Positions 8,284-16,800 of a stretch of DNA of 64,000 nucleotides are shown here, piece by piece. The position numbers and the translations under genes were made by a program. The notes beneath the pieces are model-generated. The model was given only the letters and a program-made list of their open reading frames with translations, was not told where the DNA came from and made no database searches. How positions within the stretch are numbered: the first letter of the stretch is position 1; the number at the start of each line of letters is the position of its first letter. This stretch comes from an uncultured Oscillospiraceae bacterium (lineage in GTDB: Bacteria > Bacillota > Clostridia > Oscillospirales > Oscillospiraceae). The stretch covers positions 6,421 through 70,420 of the forward strand of contig CANPYX010000004.1 in the NCBI GenBank assembly GCA_947588955.1, in the 5' to 3' direction.

Positions 8284-9080
8284 GGATTTTGCCGATACTT
8301 TTCAACACCGAGATGGTCCGGGCGCTGCTGGAGGGGCGGAAGACGGTGACGCGACGGGTGATAAGATATACCGCCGGCGATGTATATAAAGCCGCGTGTT
8401 TTGAGGGAAGATGGGTCGAGGGGATGAACCACGATGACCCACCCCCAAGCGTGGTCGAATGGTACTGTAAGAATTATAAAAGCCCTCCATACGAGCCCGG
8501 AGATATTCTGTACGTCAGGGAGACGTGGAGAATTCGGTCAGCGCACCGCTTTGAGGCGGACGCTAAAATTGAGTATAAGGCCGGCGGTCCAATCACAACT
8601 GTCCAATTCCCCGGAAGATGCAGTGATTCCCATGTTAGAAAAGAGTATGACGACTTTATAAATAAGTGGATGGCTGATCCTGAATGGCGGCCCTCCATCC
8701 ATATGCCGAAGGAGGCCGCACGGATTTTTCTCCGGGTCAAGGCTGTGCGGGTGGAGCGGTTGCAGGACAGCTTCTTCGCACCCATAAGCCCGATTTTTGC
8801 AATGCAGGCAGAGGGAATGGACATAGGAGACTACTGCCGAGAGTGCATAGCGACTTACGGGAATCCGTGCTGCGTCGACACTGTCGATGAGGATGGATCA
8901 AAATTATACGGCGGCGAATGCGGAATACTTGATGAAGTCAGGGAAAATTATGCCGAGCTTTGGGATAGTACCGCCAAAAAAGCGGACCGGGACAAGTACG
9001 GCTGGCGCGCCGACCCCTGGGTGTGGGTCATTGAGTTTGAGCGGGTGGAGAACCCGGAGCTTTTGGAGGTGAGGAAATGA
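8280..9080 (+). CDS. ASCH-like domain phage protein (tentative)
   Basis: ATGA-coupled start at 8280. N-terminus ILPILFNTEMVRALLEGRKTVTRR resembles the ASCH-type motif. Confidence 0.45.
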   Translation: MRILPILFNTEMVRALLEGRKTVTRRVIRYTAGDVYKAACFEGRWVEGMNHDDPPPSVVEWYCKNYKSPPYEPGDILYVRETWRIRSAHRFEADAKIEYKAGGPITTVQFPGRCSDSHVRKEYDDFINKWMADPEWRPSIHMPKEAARIFLRVKAVRVERLQDSFFAPISPIFAMQAEGMDIGDYCRECIATYGNPCCVDTVDEDGSKLYGGECGILDEVRENYAELWDSTAKKADRDKYGWRADPWVWVIEFERVENPELLEVRK

Positions 9081-9703
9081 AATTCTGGGACCCGGCGACG
9101 GGGAAAGTGTTCAAGAACATCTGTGAAGCGAGGGGAAAATTTTGCTTATCTGGCAACAAATGCTCGACCTGTGAGTTCGAAAATTGCGTGAAATTCTCGC
9201 AGGAGCACCCCGCCGAAGCCGCCCGCTTGATGGGCTACGAGGTAATTGAGGATACACCAACTAAGGAGGACGACATGGATAAACAGGAAAAGCCCTTGAG
9301 CGAGTGGACGCTCCGGGAAGCGAAACGGTACTGTGTTGCTTTTAGAGAGACGGTAGACGATAGTGACGTTTGCGAGGAGACGGATGGATGCGTCCTCCGG
9401 GAGAAGGGTATCTGCAAGAAGGCCAATAGGTGGCCTCACCTGTGGGACCTGAACAGCCTCACGGAGCCGGAAATCGCCATCATGCAGGCGATGGGGGCAA
9501 AGTGGGTGAGCAGGGATGAGAACCGCTACGACGGGAGCGTTGACCTTTGGATGGAGAAGCCTTTGTATGGCGATGGTATGTATAACAATACCTGTGAAAA
9601 CGGGCTGGCAGCTACTATTCATAATTCGGCTCTTTTCACCTCCGTCCACCCCGGCGAGTGTATAGAAGTTGAGGAATGTATGGGGGCGGGGGATGGACAG
9701 TGA
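9077..9703 (+). CDS. hypothetical phage protein
   Basis: ATGA-coupled ORF with an N-terminal CxxC. Confidence 0.5.
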   Translation: MKFWDPATGKVFKNICEARGKFCLSGNKCSTCEFENCVKFSQEHPAEAARLMGYEVIEDTPTKEDDMDKQEKPLSEWTLREAKRYCVAFRETVDDSDVCEETDGCVLREKGICKKANRWPHLWDLNSLTEPEIAIMQAMGAKWVSRDENRYDGSVDLWMEKPLYGDGMYNNTCENGLAATIHNSALFTSVHPGECIEVEECMGAGDGQ

Positions 9704-10151
9704 ATTTTGCGGCGGGTGCGTTTACAAGCGAGGGTTCGGGGCGGACGCGTCCTGCGACTACATAGGGGTCACCGGAAGACCGCGTCCGTGTCCGGGCGGG
9801 CGCGGGTGTACGGTGAAGACTTTGGAAGGAGATGAAGCGAAAATGCCGAGGCAGGTGACATTTGACGAGGAGAGGGCGCTGGCATTGCACGGCGAGGGCA
9901 GGTCCGACGGGGAGATCGCCGACGCCGTGGGCGCCTCCCGCACCGCCATATCATCGTGGCGGAACAGGAGGGGGCTCGCGCGGAACATGCCGCCGCTGAA
10001 ATCGGGCACGCGCCCGGAGGTGACGGTGGAGATACCTCCGGGACTGCGAAGCGCCGCCCGGAGGGAGGCGCCATCCGGTTCCGGCGGGAAGGACGAGACG
10101 AATACAGATAATTCCAGCGGGGGGGGTAGGCGAGATGGCAGCGCCGCATAG
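9693..10151 (+). CDS. phage protein with Cys-rich N-terminus and HTH
   Basis: CGGCVYK..C..C..C cluster, then RSDGEIADAVGASRTAISSWRNRRGL HTH. Start chosen at the ATG overlapping the upstream stop. Confidence 0.5.
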   Translation: MDSEFCGGCVYKRGFGADASCDYIGVTGRPRPCPGGRGCTVKTLEGDEAKMPRQVTFDEERALALHGEGRSDGEIADAVGASRTAISSWRNRRGLARNMPPLKSGTRPEVTVEIPPGLRSAARREAPSGSGGKDETNTDNSSGGGRRDGSAA

Positions 10152-10431
10152 TATTACAAGCTCCGGCTCCTTGCCGCCTCCGCCGGCTCCTGAGCATACC
10201 GCGCCGGCTCCGAAGCCAAAGAAGACGCCGGCGAAGAGAAGCCCGGAGGGGAGCCTGGAGGCGCTTCGCCGACTGTTAAAGGCTGCCGGGGCGGTGACGC
10301 TGGAGCTCAACGTCGGGAGCTGCAGCGTCCGTGTCCAGGCGGAGAGTCTGGAGCAGCTGGGCGCCGTCGCCGGATTCCTGGGCGCCATCACCGGCGTGTC
10401 CGATTCGGACACGGGAGGCGGCGTGAGATGA
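10135..10431 (+). CDS. hypothetical phage protein
   Basis: Operon-style overlaps. Carries a palindrome copy near its 3' end. Confidence 0.4.
   Translation: MAAPHSITSSGSLPPPPAPEHTAPAPKPKKTPAKRSPEGSLEALRRLLKAAGAVTLELNVGSCSVRVQAESLEQLGAVAGFLGAITGVSDSDTGGGVR
10396..10412. repeat. 17-bp palindrome GTGTCCGATTCGGACAC (perfect)
   Basis: Read directly; in frame as VSDSDT. Confidence 0.9.
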
Positions 10432-10613
10432 AGACCGCGGCATCCGGTCACGGTCGGCTCATCGACGCGGGGGCGCTGGCGGAGAGGATCCGGGCGCTTG
10501 AATATCTCAGCCGGCGGGACAAGGAGCTTTTTATCTCCGAGGTGCTGGCGGAGCCGGCGGTGGAGACGCGGGAGCCCGCGCCGGGGAAGACGGGAAAAAA
10601 GAAAAAATCGTGA
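10428..10613 (+). CDS. hypothetical phage protein
   Basis: ATGA-coupled small ORF. Confidence 0.4.
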   Translation: MKTAASGHGRLIDAGALAERIRALEYLSRRDKELFISEVLAEPAVETREPAPGKTGKKKKS

Positions 10614-10632
10614 GAGGCGAGAGACCTGAAGT

Positions 10633-10669
10633 CCACAGCCCGATTTTCGAAGGGAGAATTGGGCTGTGG
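10633..10669 (+). other. hairpin CCACAGCCC-N19-GGGCTGTGG overlapping the Rep-like gene start
   Basis: 9-bp perfect stem. The left arm and flank, GAAGTCCACAGCCC, recur at 11652-11665 (GAAGCCCACAGCCC). Confidence 0.7.
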
Positions 10670-11412
10670 CAAAATTCAGAAAAATAGTTGAGGCGGGACC
10701 GCTGGTGGTGGAGACCATATATCCGGCGCCGAATCCCAGGGACACGCCGGAGGTCAGGGCCGGGAAGAAGCGGCTCAGCTCCCAGGCGCAGCAGCGGATG
10801 AATCAGATCTACGCCTGGCAGAAGCTTGAGCTCCTCATCGCCGCCAACTTCCGTCAGCGGGACCTGTGGGTGACGCTCACCTATGACGACGGGCACCTTC
10901 CGGGGAGCCGCGGAGAGGCGGTGCGGCGGTTCAACGCTTTTATCCGACGGCTGCGAAAGGCGCGCGGACGGCATGGGCAGGTGCTCAGGTACATATACTG
11001 CACCGAGGGCAGACACGGCGACGGGCGATTCCACCACCACCTGCTCATCAACGCCACAGGCGACGACTTCCGGCAGCTCGCCGGACTCTGGGGCAACGGG
11101 CAGGTGGACATCAGGCGGTTCCGCGTCGACAAGGAGAAGAACTACGAGACGCTTGCCAAGTACATGTGCAAGGAGCAGCGGGACAAGCCGGGGCAACGGC
11201 TCTGGTCGGGGTCGAAGAACCTGGCGCGGCCGCGGGCGGAGTGCTTCAGGGTGCCGGACGACACGCCGCTGGATATGCCCAGGGGCGCCACGCCGTTGGC
11301 GGAGGCCAGCGAGCGGAACAGCTACGGGGTATTCAAATATATAAAATATCTCATGCCCGGATGGGAGCACGGTGCCGCCGCGCCCAGATCCAGGCGGAGG
11401 CGGAAAAAATAA
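10666..11412 (+). CDS. HUH-superfamily rolling-circle Rep-like protein
   Basis: HUH-like GRFHHHLLIN and Tyr motif NYETLAKYMCKE, comparable to the YxxKY motif of phiX/Microviridae-type Reps. GTG start. Confidence 0.6.
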   Translation: MAKFRKIVEAGPLVVETIYPAPNPRDTPEVRAGKKRLSSQAQQRMNQIYAWQKLELLIAANFRQRDLWVTLTYDDGHLPGSRGEAVRRFNAFIRRLRKARGRHGQVLRYIYCTEGRHGDGRFHHHLLINATGDDFRQLAGLWGNGQVDIRRFRVDKEKNYETLAKYMCKEQRDKPGQRLWSGSKNLARPRAECFRVPDDTPLDMPRGATPLAEASERNSYGVFKYIKYLMPGWEHGAAAPRSRRRRKK

Positions 11413-11478
11413 AAGACGGCTTTTTATTTTTTCTGACTTGGGGGGTATATTAACTTTTGGGAAAGATGGTGAAAAGGG

Positions 11479-11670
11479 TTGCAAACTACGGAAAAACGTG
11501 ATACACTACGGATAGAGAACGGTTGGCTCGTTTGCGAGTGCGGCGCCCGGCTCCTCAGGGTGGACCCGGACACATCGGCGGCAAACCTTGAGGTCTACTG
11601 CCGAAGGTGCAAGCGTAAGCGAAAGGTGAATATCTCCAGAGGCGAGAGGCTTGAAGCCCACAGCCCATGA
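11479..11670 (+). CDS. cysteine-rich KTR-like zinc-ribbon protein
   Basis: CECG...CRRCKRK pairs (CxC-x24-CxxC). TTG start. Confidence 0.5.
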   Translation: MQTTEKRDTLRIENGWLVCECGARLLRVDPDTSAANLEVYCRRCKRKRKVNISRGERLEAHSP

Positions 11671-11708
11671 CTACGCAGAACGCGTAATCATCGGCTGTGG
11701 GCTTTTTT
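11656..11708 (+). terminator. long hairpin plus T-tract (intrinsic terminator-like)
   Basis: GCCCACAGCC ... GGCTGTGGGC followed by TTTTTT. Inner TACGC/GCGTA pairing. Confidence 0.65.
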
Positions 11709-12036
11709 GTTTGCGGCGAAGGGGGTAAGCGGAATCGGCTTTTACGACAGCCGCGCATGGCGTAAGCTGCGCCGTGAGGTGATGGCGTATGACAACAACG
11801 AGTGCCAGTATTGCAAGGCTCGGCACCGCCACACGCGCGGGGAGCTGGTGCATCATGAGTTCCACCTGGATACGTACCCGCAGTACGGTCTGATGATGTG
11901 GGTCGAGGATCCTGCGACTGGTGAGCTGAAGCGTAACCTGGTGACGGTGTGCAAGGCGTGTCATGAGACGGTTTGCCACCCGGAGCGGGTGCGGAAGTTT
12001 GAGTGCAAGGTGCCGCTGACGCCGGAACGGTGGTGA
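11707..12036 (+). CDS. HNH endonuclease (phage packaging-associated)
   Basis: ECQYCK...HH...CKACH HNH/zinc motif. Position immediately upstream of the terminase genes. Confidence 0.85.
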   Translation: MFAAKGVSGIGFYDSRAWRKLRREVMAYDNNECQYCKARHRHTRGELVHHEFHLDTYPQYGLMMWVEDPATGELKRNLVTVCKACHETVCHPERVRKFECKVPLTPERW

Positions 12037-12144
12037 TACACCCCCCGGGTGCGAGAATCGCGTTTTAACCCACCGCGGCCCACTCGGTGCATGCCCAAGA
12101 CAAGAGAGGGCGGGACGCGGATGCGCGGTGCGGGAGACGTGCGC

Positions 12145-12192
12145 GGGCGCGAACGGGGGCGCGAACGGGGGCGCGAACGGGGGCGCGAACGG
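12145..12192. repeat. 4 x 12-bp perfect tandem repeat GGGCGCGAACGG
   Basis: Read directly. Lies between the HNH and TerS genes. Confidence 0.9.
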
Positions 12193-12203
12193 GCGCATAA
12201 TGC

Positions 12204-12932
12204 GTGAGCGTGACGCGGGAAAATGCTTTTTCGGGAGGTAGTTCGATGTGCTTTTGTGCAGACAACGGAGAAAGGACGGCGGAGACCAGGGTGCGCGGTC
12301 CGGATCGGGCTGAGGCGAGCGCGGATCTCCGATCCTGCGGGGCGGAGACCGGTGAGCGGGTGACGGCGGAAGATATTCGCGTGGCGGAAGGCGGAGCCGG
12401 GGCGCTGGCTGGCGGGGAGCCGGCGGGCGCGAAAGGCGGACCGGCGGATGGAGAGGCTGAGAACGGCGCTGCGGGCGCGGAAGGCGGAGCCGGGGCATTG
12501 GATGACGGAGAGACGCCGGGCGCGGATGAACGGGAGCCGGTGGGAGCTGATGAAGGTGGGGAGCTGGGGAAGAAAAAACGGGAGAAGAGGACGAAGGCTG
12601 AGAAAAAGCCGGGGTCCGCCTCCCGACCGTCCGAGGCGGACATCCGGCTCGCGCTAAAGTCGCAGCTCTCCGCCAAGGGTCTCACCGCCGGCCATTACAC
12701 GGATATGCTTGAGGACTACATGAGCCTGTATAGGACAAAAAAAGCCCTCATCTCGGACATCAGGTCACGCGGGACGAAGGTGATGGTCTATATGGCAAAC
12801 GGCACCGGCAACCTGAAGACCAACGACTCCGTGGCGGATCTGCTGAAAGTCAACGGGCAAATGCTCCGTATCCTGGATACGCTGGGGATCTCGGCGGAGG
12901 GCGGAGCGTACCTGTGCGACGACCGTCTCTGA
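12204..12932 (+). CDS. terminase small subunit (P27-like), start uncertain
   Basis: C-terminal half YTDMLEDYMSLYRTKKALISDIRSRG...NDSVADLLKVNGQMLRILDTLG resembles P27-family TerS. N-terminal ~120 aa is low-complexity Gly/Ala/Glu. Confidence 0.65.
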   Translation: MSVTRENAFSGGSSMCFCADNGERTAETRVRGPDRAEASADLRSCGAETGERVTAEDIRVAEGGAGALAGGEPAGAKGGPADGEAENGAAGAEGGAGALDDGETPGADEREPVGADEGGELGKKKREKRTKAEKKPGSASRPSEADIRLALKSQLSAKGLTAGHYTDMLEDYMSLYRTKKALISDIRSRGTKVMVYMANGTGNLKTNDSVADLLKVNGQMLRILDTLGISAEGGAYLCDDRL

Positions 12933-12944
12933 TCTTTGCCGGAG

Positions 12945-12961
12945 GTGTCCGATTCGGACAC
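12945..12961. repeat. 17-bp palindrome GTGTCCGATTCGGACAC (perfect)
   Basis: Read directly. Intergenic, 13 nt after the TerS stop. Confidence 0.9.
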
Positions 12962-13257
12962 AAATCAAACGGCCCTTTCTCCCGGCACTGCCGGGTGATG
13001 GGCGTCTCGGCGACGGGCTTCTGCCTCTTTTCCCGCCGCCGTGACGATAGATGCGCTGCCAGCGCGGCGATATGACGCGCAGTACCGCGGAACACAAGTT
13101 AGGCAAATCGCTATGTTCCGAAAATTTGCCGGCGGGGGAGGGACCCGCACAGCGCCAGTCGAGCCATGTTTCCGGTTATGGGCGGATGTCAGCGGCAACC
13201 GGTGGCGGCCCGGAAAGACGGGCAATATGTCGATTCGGCTCAGAGGTGAGAGTTGGG

Positions 13258-14913
13258 ATGGAGACGGGGTGCGGGTATATTGACGGGTACGCGGAGAAGC
13301 TGAGGAGCGGGGAGGTGCCGGCGAGCAGGGAGATGCTCCAGGCGATGGACCTCATAGAGCGCAGGCTTTCGGAGCCGGGCGTCACGGTGGACGCCGCCAG
13401 GACGGAGCGGGCGCGGGAGCTCATCGAAAAATACTTCCGCATGGAGCTTTTGGATTGGGAGCTCTTTGTCCTGGCTCTGGTACACTGCTACTACCCCGAC
13501 GACACCCTGGTATTTACGGAATTTCTCATCGTCATGGGCCGCGGGAACGGAAAAAACGGGTTTATCTCGGCTCTTGCATGGTACCTCACCACCCCGGACC
13601 ACGGCATAAACGGGTACAACGTGGACATAATCGCCAACAGCGAGGAGCAGGCGAGGACGTCCTTCGACGACGTATATGAGATGCTGGGGGACAACTGGGG
13701 CAAGCTCCAGGGGTTTTACAGCCGGACGAAGGAGGAGATCGTTTCCCTCAGGACCAGAAGCTACATCCGGTTCAACACCTCCAATGCCCGCACAAAGGAC
13801 GGCAAACGCTCCGCCTGCCTCATCTTCGACGAGGAGCATGAGTACGAATCCGACGAGAACATCAGGGTGTTCCGGTCGGGCTTCGGAAAACGGCGCCACT
13901 GCCGGATATTCAAGATAACCACCAACGGGTACGTGCGCGACGGCGTGCTGGACAGCGATCTCGCCCTGGCAAAATCCGTGCTGGACGGGGAGGTACCCGA
14001 TAGCCGCATGTGTCCGCTCATCTACAAGGTGGACGGCGAGGAAGATGTGCAAAACCCGAAAACGTGGGTGAAGGCAAACCCGTCGCTGCCGTATTTCCCC
14101 ACGCTCCGGGTGGAGATGGCGCAGGAGTTTTCGGAGCTGCCCCACTCAAAGACAGTGGAGCTGGATTTTTATACAAAGCGCATGAACCTGCCGCGCTCGG
14201 ACATGGAGATAGCGGTGACGGATTGGGCGAACATCATCGCCACCAAATCACCCATTCCCCAGGGGCTTGCCGGGCTTGTATGCACCGTGGGCATAGATTA
14301 CGCCTCCATGCGGGACTTCGCCTCGGTGGACTTCCACTTCCGCGTGGGAGACGATCGCTTTGACTTCGGGCACTCCTGGCTGTGCCTCAGGTCCCCGGAC
14401 CTGTCCAGGATCAAGGCGCCGTGGAGGGAGTGGGCCGACAGGGGGCTGCTGACGCCGGTGGACGACGCGGAGATCTCGCCGTATCTGCTGACGAATTATA
14501 TAGCCCTCACCGCTGCCGATTATTTCGTCACAAAAATCGCCCTGGACAACTTCAGGTACGCGCTGATGAAGAACGCCCTCCGGGACATAGGCTTTGACCC
14601 GAAGGCGGGGAACGTGTACCTGGTCCGTCCCTCGGACATAATGAAGGTCCAGCCGGTAATAGACAGCTGCTTCAACAAGCGGCTCTTCACCTGGGGCGAA
14701 AATCCCCTCCTGCGCTGGGCCACCAATAACACGAAGCTGGTGCGCTCAGGACGGCGGGAGGGGACTGACACGGGGAATTATTATTACGCAAAAATCGAGG
14801 GCAAGAGCAGGAAGACCGACCCCTTTATGGCGCTGGCCGCGGCGATGTGCATAGAGGAGGAAAATGAGGGCTTTGTCGGCGGCGCGCCGGACATGAGCGT
14901 CATATCGGCTTAA
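13258..14913 (+). CDS. terminase large subunit
   Basis: Terminase_1-like Walker A region MGRGNGKNGFISAL and acidic IFDEEHE motif. Start taken at ATG 13258 (GAGGTGAG upstream). Confidence 0.9.
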   Translation: METGCGYIDGYAEKLRSGEVPASREMLQAMDLIERRLSEPGVTVDAARTERARELIEKYFRMELLDWELFVLALVHCYYPDDTLVFTEFLIVMGRGNGKNGFISALAWYLTTPDHGINGYNVDIIANSEEQARTSFDDVYEMLGDNWGKLQGFYSRTKEEIVSLRTRSYIRFNTSNARTKDGKRSACLIFDEEHEYESDENIRVFRSGFGKRRHCRIFKITTNGYVRDGVLDSDLALAKSVLDGEVPDSRMCPLIYKVDGEEDVQNPKTWVKANPSLPYFPTLRVEMAQEFSELPHSKTVELDFYTKRMNLPRSDMEIAVTDWANIIATKSPIPQGLAGLVCTVGIDYASMRDFASVDFHFRVGDDRFDFGHSWLCLRSPDLSRIKAPWREWADRGLLTPVDDAEISPYLLTNYIALTAADYFVTKIALDNFRYALMKNALRDIGFDPKAGNVYLVRPSDIMKVQPVIDSCFNKRLFTWGENPLLRWATNNTKLVRSGRREGTDTGNYYYAKIEGKSRKTDPFMALAAAMCIEEENEGFVGGAPDMSVISA

Positions 14914-15128
14914 CCGCCGGACTGATCCTTGGGCTTGCGCCAGTTTTTGTACTCGCCCGTGGTGACGCGGGCGTCCGCGGGCCAGGGAGCGCCGGCGGGG
15001 ATCACCCACTGCTTTCCGATTTTTACGGCGCCGGGGATCCTGCCGTCGGCAAGGAGCCTGCGGAGCCTGCCGGTGTCCTTCCCGTGCTTCGCCGCGTACT
15101 CGGAGGCGGAGAGATATTCACCTTCCAC
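14910..15128 (-). CDS. excisionase-family/MerR-like HTH DNA-binding protein (reverse-strand moron)
   Basis: LSASEYAAKHGKDTGRLRRLLADGRIPGAVKIGKQWVIP. GTG start. Convergent 4-nt overlap with the TerL stop. Confidence 0.6.
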   Translation of the reverse strand: MEGEYLSASEYAAKHGKDTGRLRRLLADGRIPGAVKIGKQWVIPAGAPWPADARVTTGEYKNWRKPKDQSGG

Positions 15129-15291
15129 GTCTGCTTTTCACCTCCTTCACCACATCAAGCACCAGGACGCAGCCTGTAAGCCCCGCCGTCACCCAATAGG
15201 GCCAGGTGAAGCCGTGGAGAACGCAATAGACTGTGTTCGTGGCAAAAATGATGTAAATTACCGCACTTTTTGATGAAAACATCTTGCGCAT
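15118..15291 (-). CDS. small membrane protein (57 aa, below ORF-track cutoff)
   Basis: Manual translation: MRKMFSSKSAVIYIIFATNTVYCVLHGFTWPYWVTAGLTGCVLVLDVVKEVKSRRGR. Two hydrophobic spans. Overlaps the downstream HTH gene start. Confidence 0.4.
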   Translation of the reverse strand: MRKMFSSKSAVIYIIFATNTVYCVLHGFTWPYWVTAGLTGCVLVLDVVKEVKSRRGR

Positions 15292-15312
15292 TTCATGCCG
15301 GCGCGTTATAAT
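15284..15312 (+). promoter_or_regulatory. candidate antisense promoter TTGCGC-17-TATAAT
   Basis: Hexamers at 15284-15289 and 15307-15312. Would transcribe antisense to the 41-codon ORF. Confidence 0.3.
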
Positions 15313-15349
15313 ATTGTCAGGGTCGGGGGAGGTTTCCCTCCCCCTCCTG

Positions 15350-15475
15350 TCAGCCCTTGAGAATCGTGTAGATGACGAAGACTATATCGGCAATTCCGGC
15401 GAGAATCGTTATAATAGCTTGCGCATCGTTTAAGCGATTTCTTTGGGGCTTTTTCTTTTTACGCGTCGTTATCAC
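15350..15475 (-). CDS. possible 41-codon hydrophobic peptide (start codon unclear)
   Basis: Manual translation: (V)ITTRKKKKPQRNRLNDAQAIITILAGIADIVFVIYTILKG. AAGGAGG immediately abuts the GTG, so initiation is uncertain. Confidence 0.2.
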   Translation of the reverse strand: MITTRKKKKPQRNRLNDAQAIITILAGIADIVFVIYTILKG

Positions 15476-15489
15476 CTCCTTACAAGTAC

Positions 15490-15518
15490 ATAATAACACG
15501 ATGTCGTGAATTTGTCAA
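15490..15518 (-). promoter_or_regulatory. near-consensus sigma-A-type promoter TTGACA-17-TATTAT driving the reverse-strand cassette
   Basis: On the - strand: TTGACA (15518-15513), 17-nt spacer, TATTAT (15495-15490). A/T tract upstream. Confidence 0.6.
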
Positions 15519-15573
15519 GAGGTTTTTTGAAAAAAATCAAAAAAAATTTTTAGAGCCGAGAGTCATTAAGACC

Positions 15574-15623
15574 ACAGGCCTGATACCGGACGGAAGGTCC
15601 GGGGTCAGGCCTGTTTTTCTTTT
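15574..15623 (+). terminator. intrinsic terminator-like hairpin plus T-run just upstream of the portal gene
   Basis: ACAGGCCTGATACCGG...CCGGGGTCAGGCCTGT followed by TTTTTCTTTT. Confidence 0.65.
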
Positions 15624-15630
15624 AGGGGGG

Positions 15631-16800
15631 TTGTCAGTGGCGTTTGAGTTTTTTAAGCGGCTGTTCAGCGGAGGGGACAAGCCCGAGGCGGTGACGGCGG
15701 AGGAGTTTTTTGACCTCTATTCGGACACGTATATCCGGGAGCTCGCCTTCCACGCCTGCGTCAGCTTCATCGCCAACGCCGTCTCAAAGTGCGAGTTCAA
15801 GACCTACCGCGAGGGACAGCCGGTGAAGGGACCGGAATATTACCTTTGGAACGTGGAGCCGAACCAGAACCAGTGCAGCTCCGCCTTCTTCCACTCGCTG
15901 CTCCTGCGGCTCTACCGGGACAACGAGGCGTTGGTGGTGGAGCACAACTCCCGCCTTTACGTCGCCGACAGCTACGACAGGGAGGAGTACACGCTGTACC
16001 CCGACCTCTTCAGGCAGGTGACGGTGGGGAGCTTCACCTTCTCCCGCACCTTTGGAGGCGATGAGGTGATGTACTTTAGGCTCAACGACCAGGACGTCAA
16101 CCGTATACTCCGGGGGCTTTACACCTCCTACAGCAAGCTCATCACCTACGGCATGAAGGCGTACCAGCAGTCGCGGGGCACAAAGGGCACGCTGGAGCTG
16201 GACATGACCATGCGGGGGACCAAGGATTTCAACGACCGCTTCAACGCCATAAGGAATGAGGACTTCCGAAAATTCGTGGAGGCGGATAACGGGATCCTGC
16301 CCCTGTTCAAGGGGATGAAATTTCAGGAGCTTGCCCACAAGACCTACACCAGCGACACCACCAGGGACATCCGCGCTCTCATCGACGACGTGACGGATTT
16401 CACCGCCAGGGGCTTTGGGATCCCCGCGCAAATAGTCAACGGCACCGTCCAGGACGTCGATTCGGCGGTGGAGCAAGCACTGACCTTCTGCGTCGACCCG
16501 CTGGCGGACATGCTGCAGGAGGAGATCAACCGCAAGAGGTACGGGCGGGACGCCTACCTCAAGGGAAATTACATCGCCATCGACACCGGCGCCATAAAGC
16601 ACGTCAACGTTCTGGACGTCGCCGCCGATGTGGATAAGCTGGTATCCTCCGGCGTCATGTGCGTCAACGACGTCCGCGGGATACTGGGTATGCCGCTCAT
16701 AAACGAGCCCTGGGCCTGGGCGCACTTTATGACAAAGAATTACGCCGATATTGAGAAGCTTCTCGAGGCAATGAAGGGAGGTGAAACGAAAGATGAGTGA
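15631..16800 (+). CDS. phage portal protein (HK97 family)
   Basis: Size, position after TerL, and portal-like sequence. TTG/GTG start. Confidence 0.85.
   Translation: MSVAFEFFKRLFSGGDKPEAVTAEEFFDLYSDTYIRELAFHACVSFIANAVSKCEFKTYREGQPVKGPEYYLWNVEPNQNQCSSAFFHSLLLRLYRDNEALVVEHNSRLYVADSYDREEYTLYPDLFRQVTVGSFTFSRTFGGDEVMYFRLNDQDVNRILRGLYTSYSKLITYGMKAYQQSRGTKGTLELDMTMRGTKDFNDRFNAIRNEDFRKFVEADNGILPLFKGMKFQELAHKTYTSDTTRDIRALIDDVTDFTARGFGIPAQIVNGTVQDVDSAVEQALTFCVDPLADMLQEEINRKRYGRDAYLKGNYIAIDTGAIKHVNVLDVAADVDKLVSSGVMCVNDVRGILGMPLINEPWAWAHFMTKNYADIEKLLEAMKGGETKDE

Noticed and set aside
13051-13257. 5' extension of the terminase large subunit ORF.
   Set aside because: The extension looks noncoding and lies in the terS-terL spacer. 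ATG 13258 gives a normal TerL N-terminus.
15719-15728. Half-site ATTCGGACAC of the 17-bp palindrome inside the portal gene.
   Set aside because: Only one arm matches, so it could be chance. Not counted among the eight copies.
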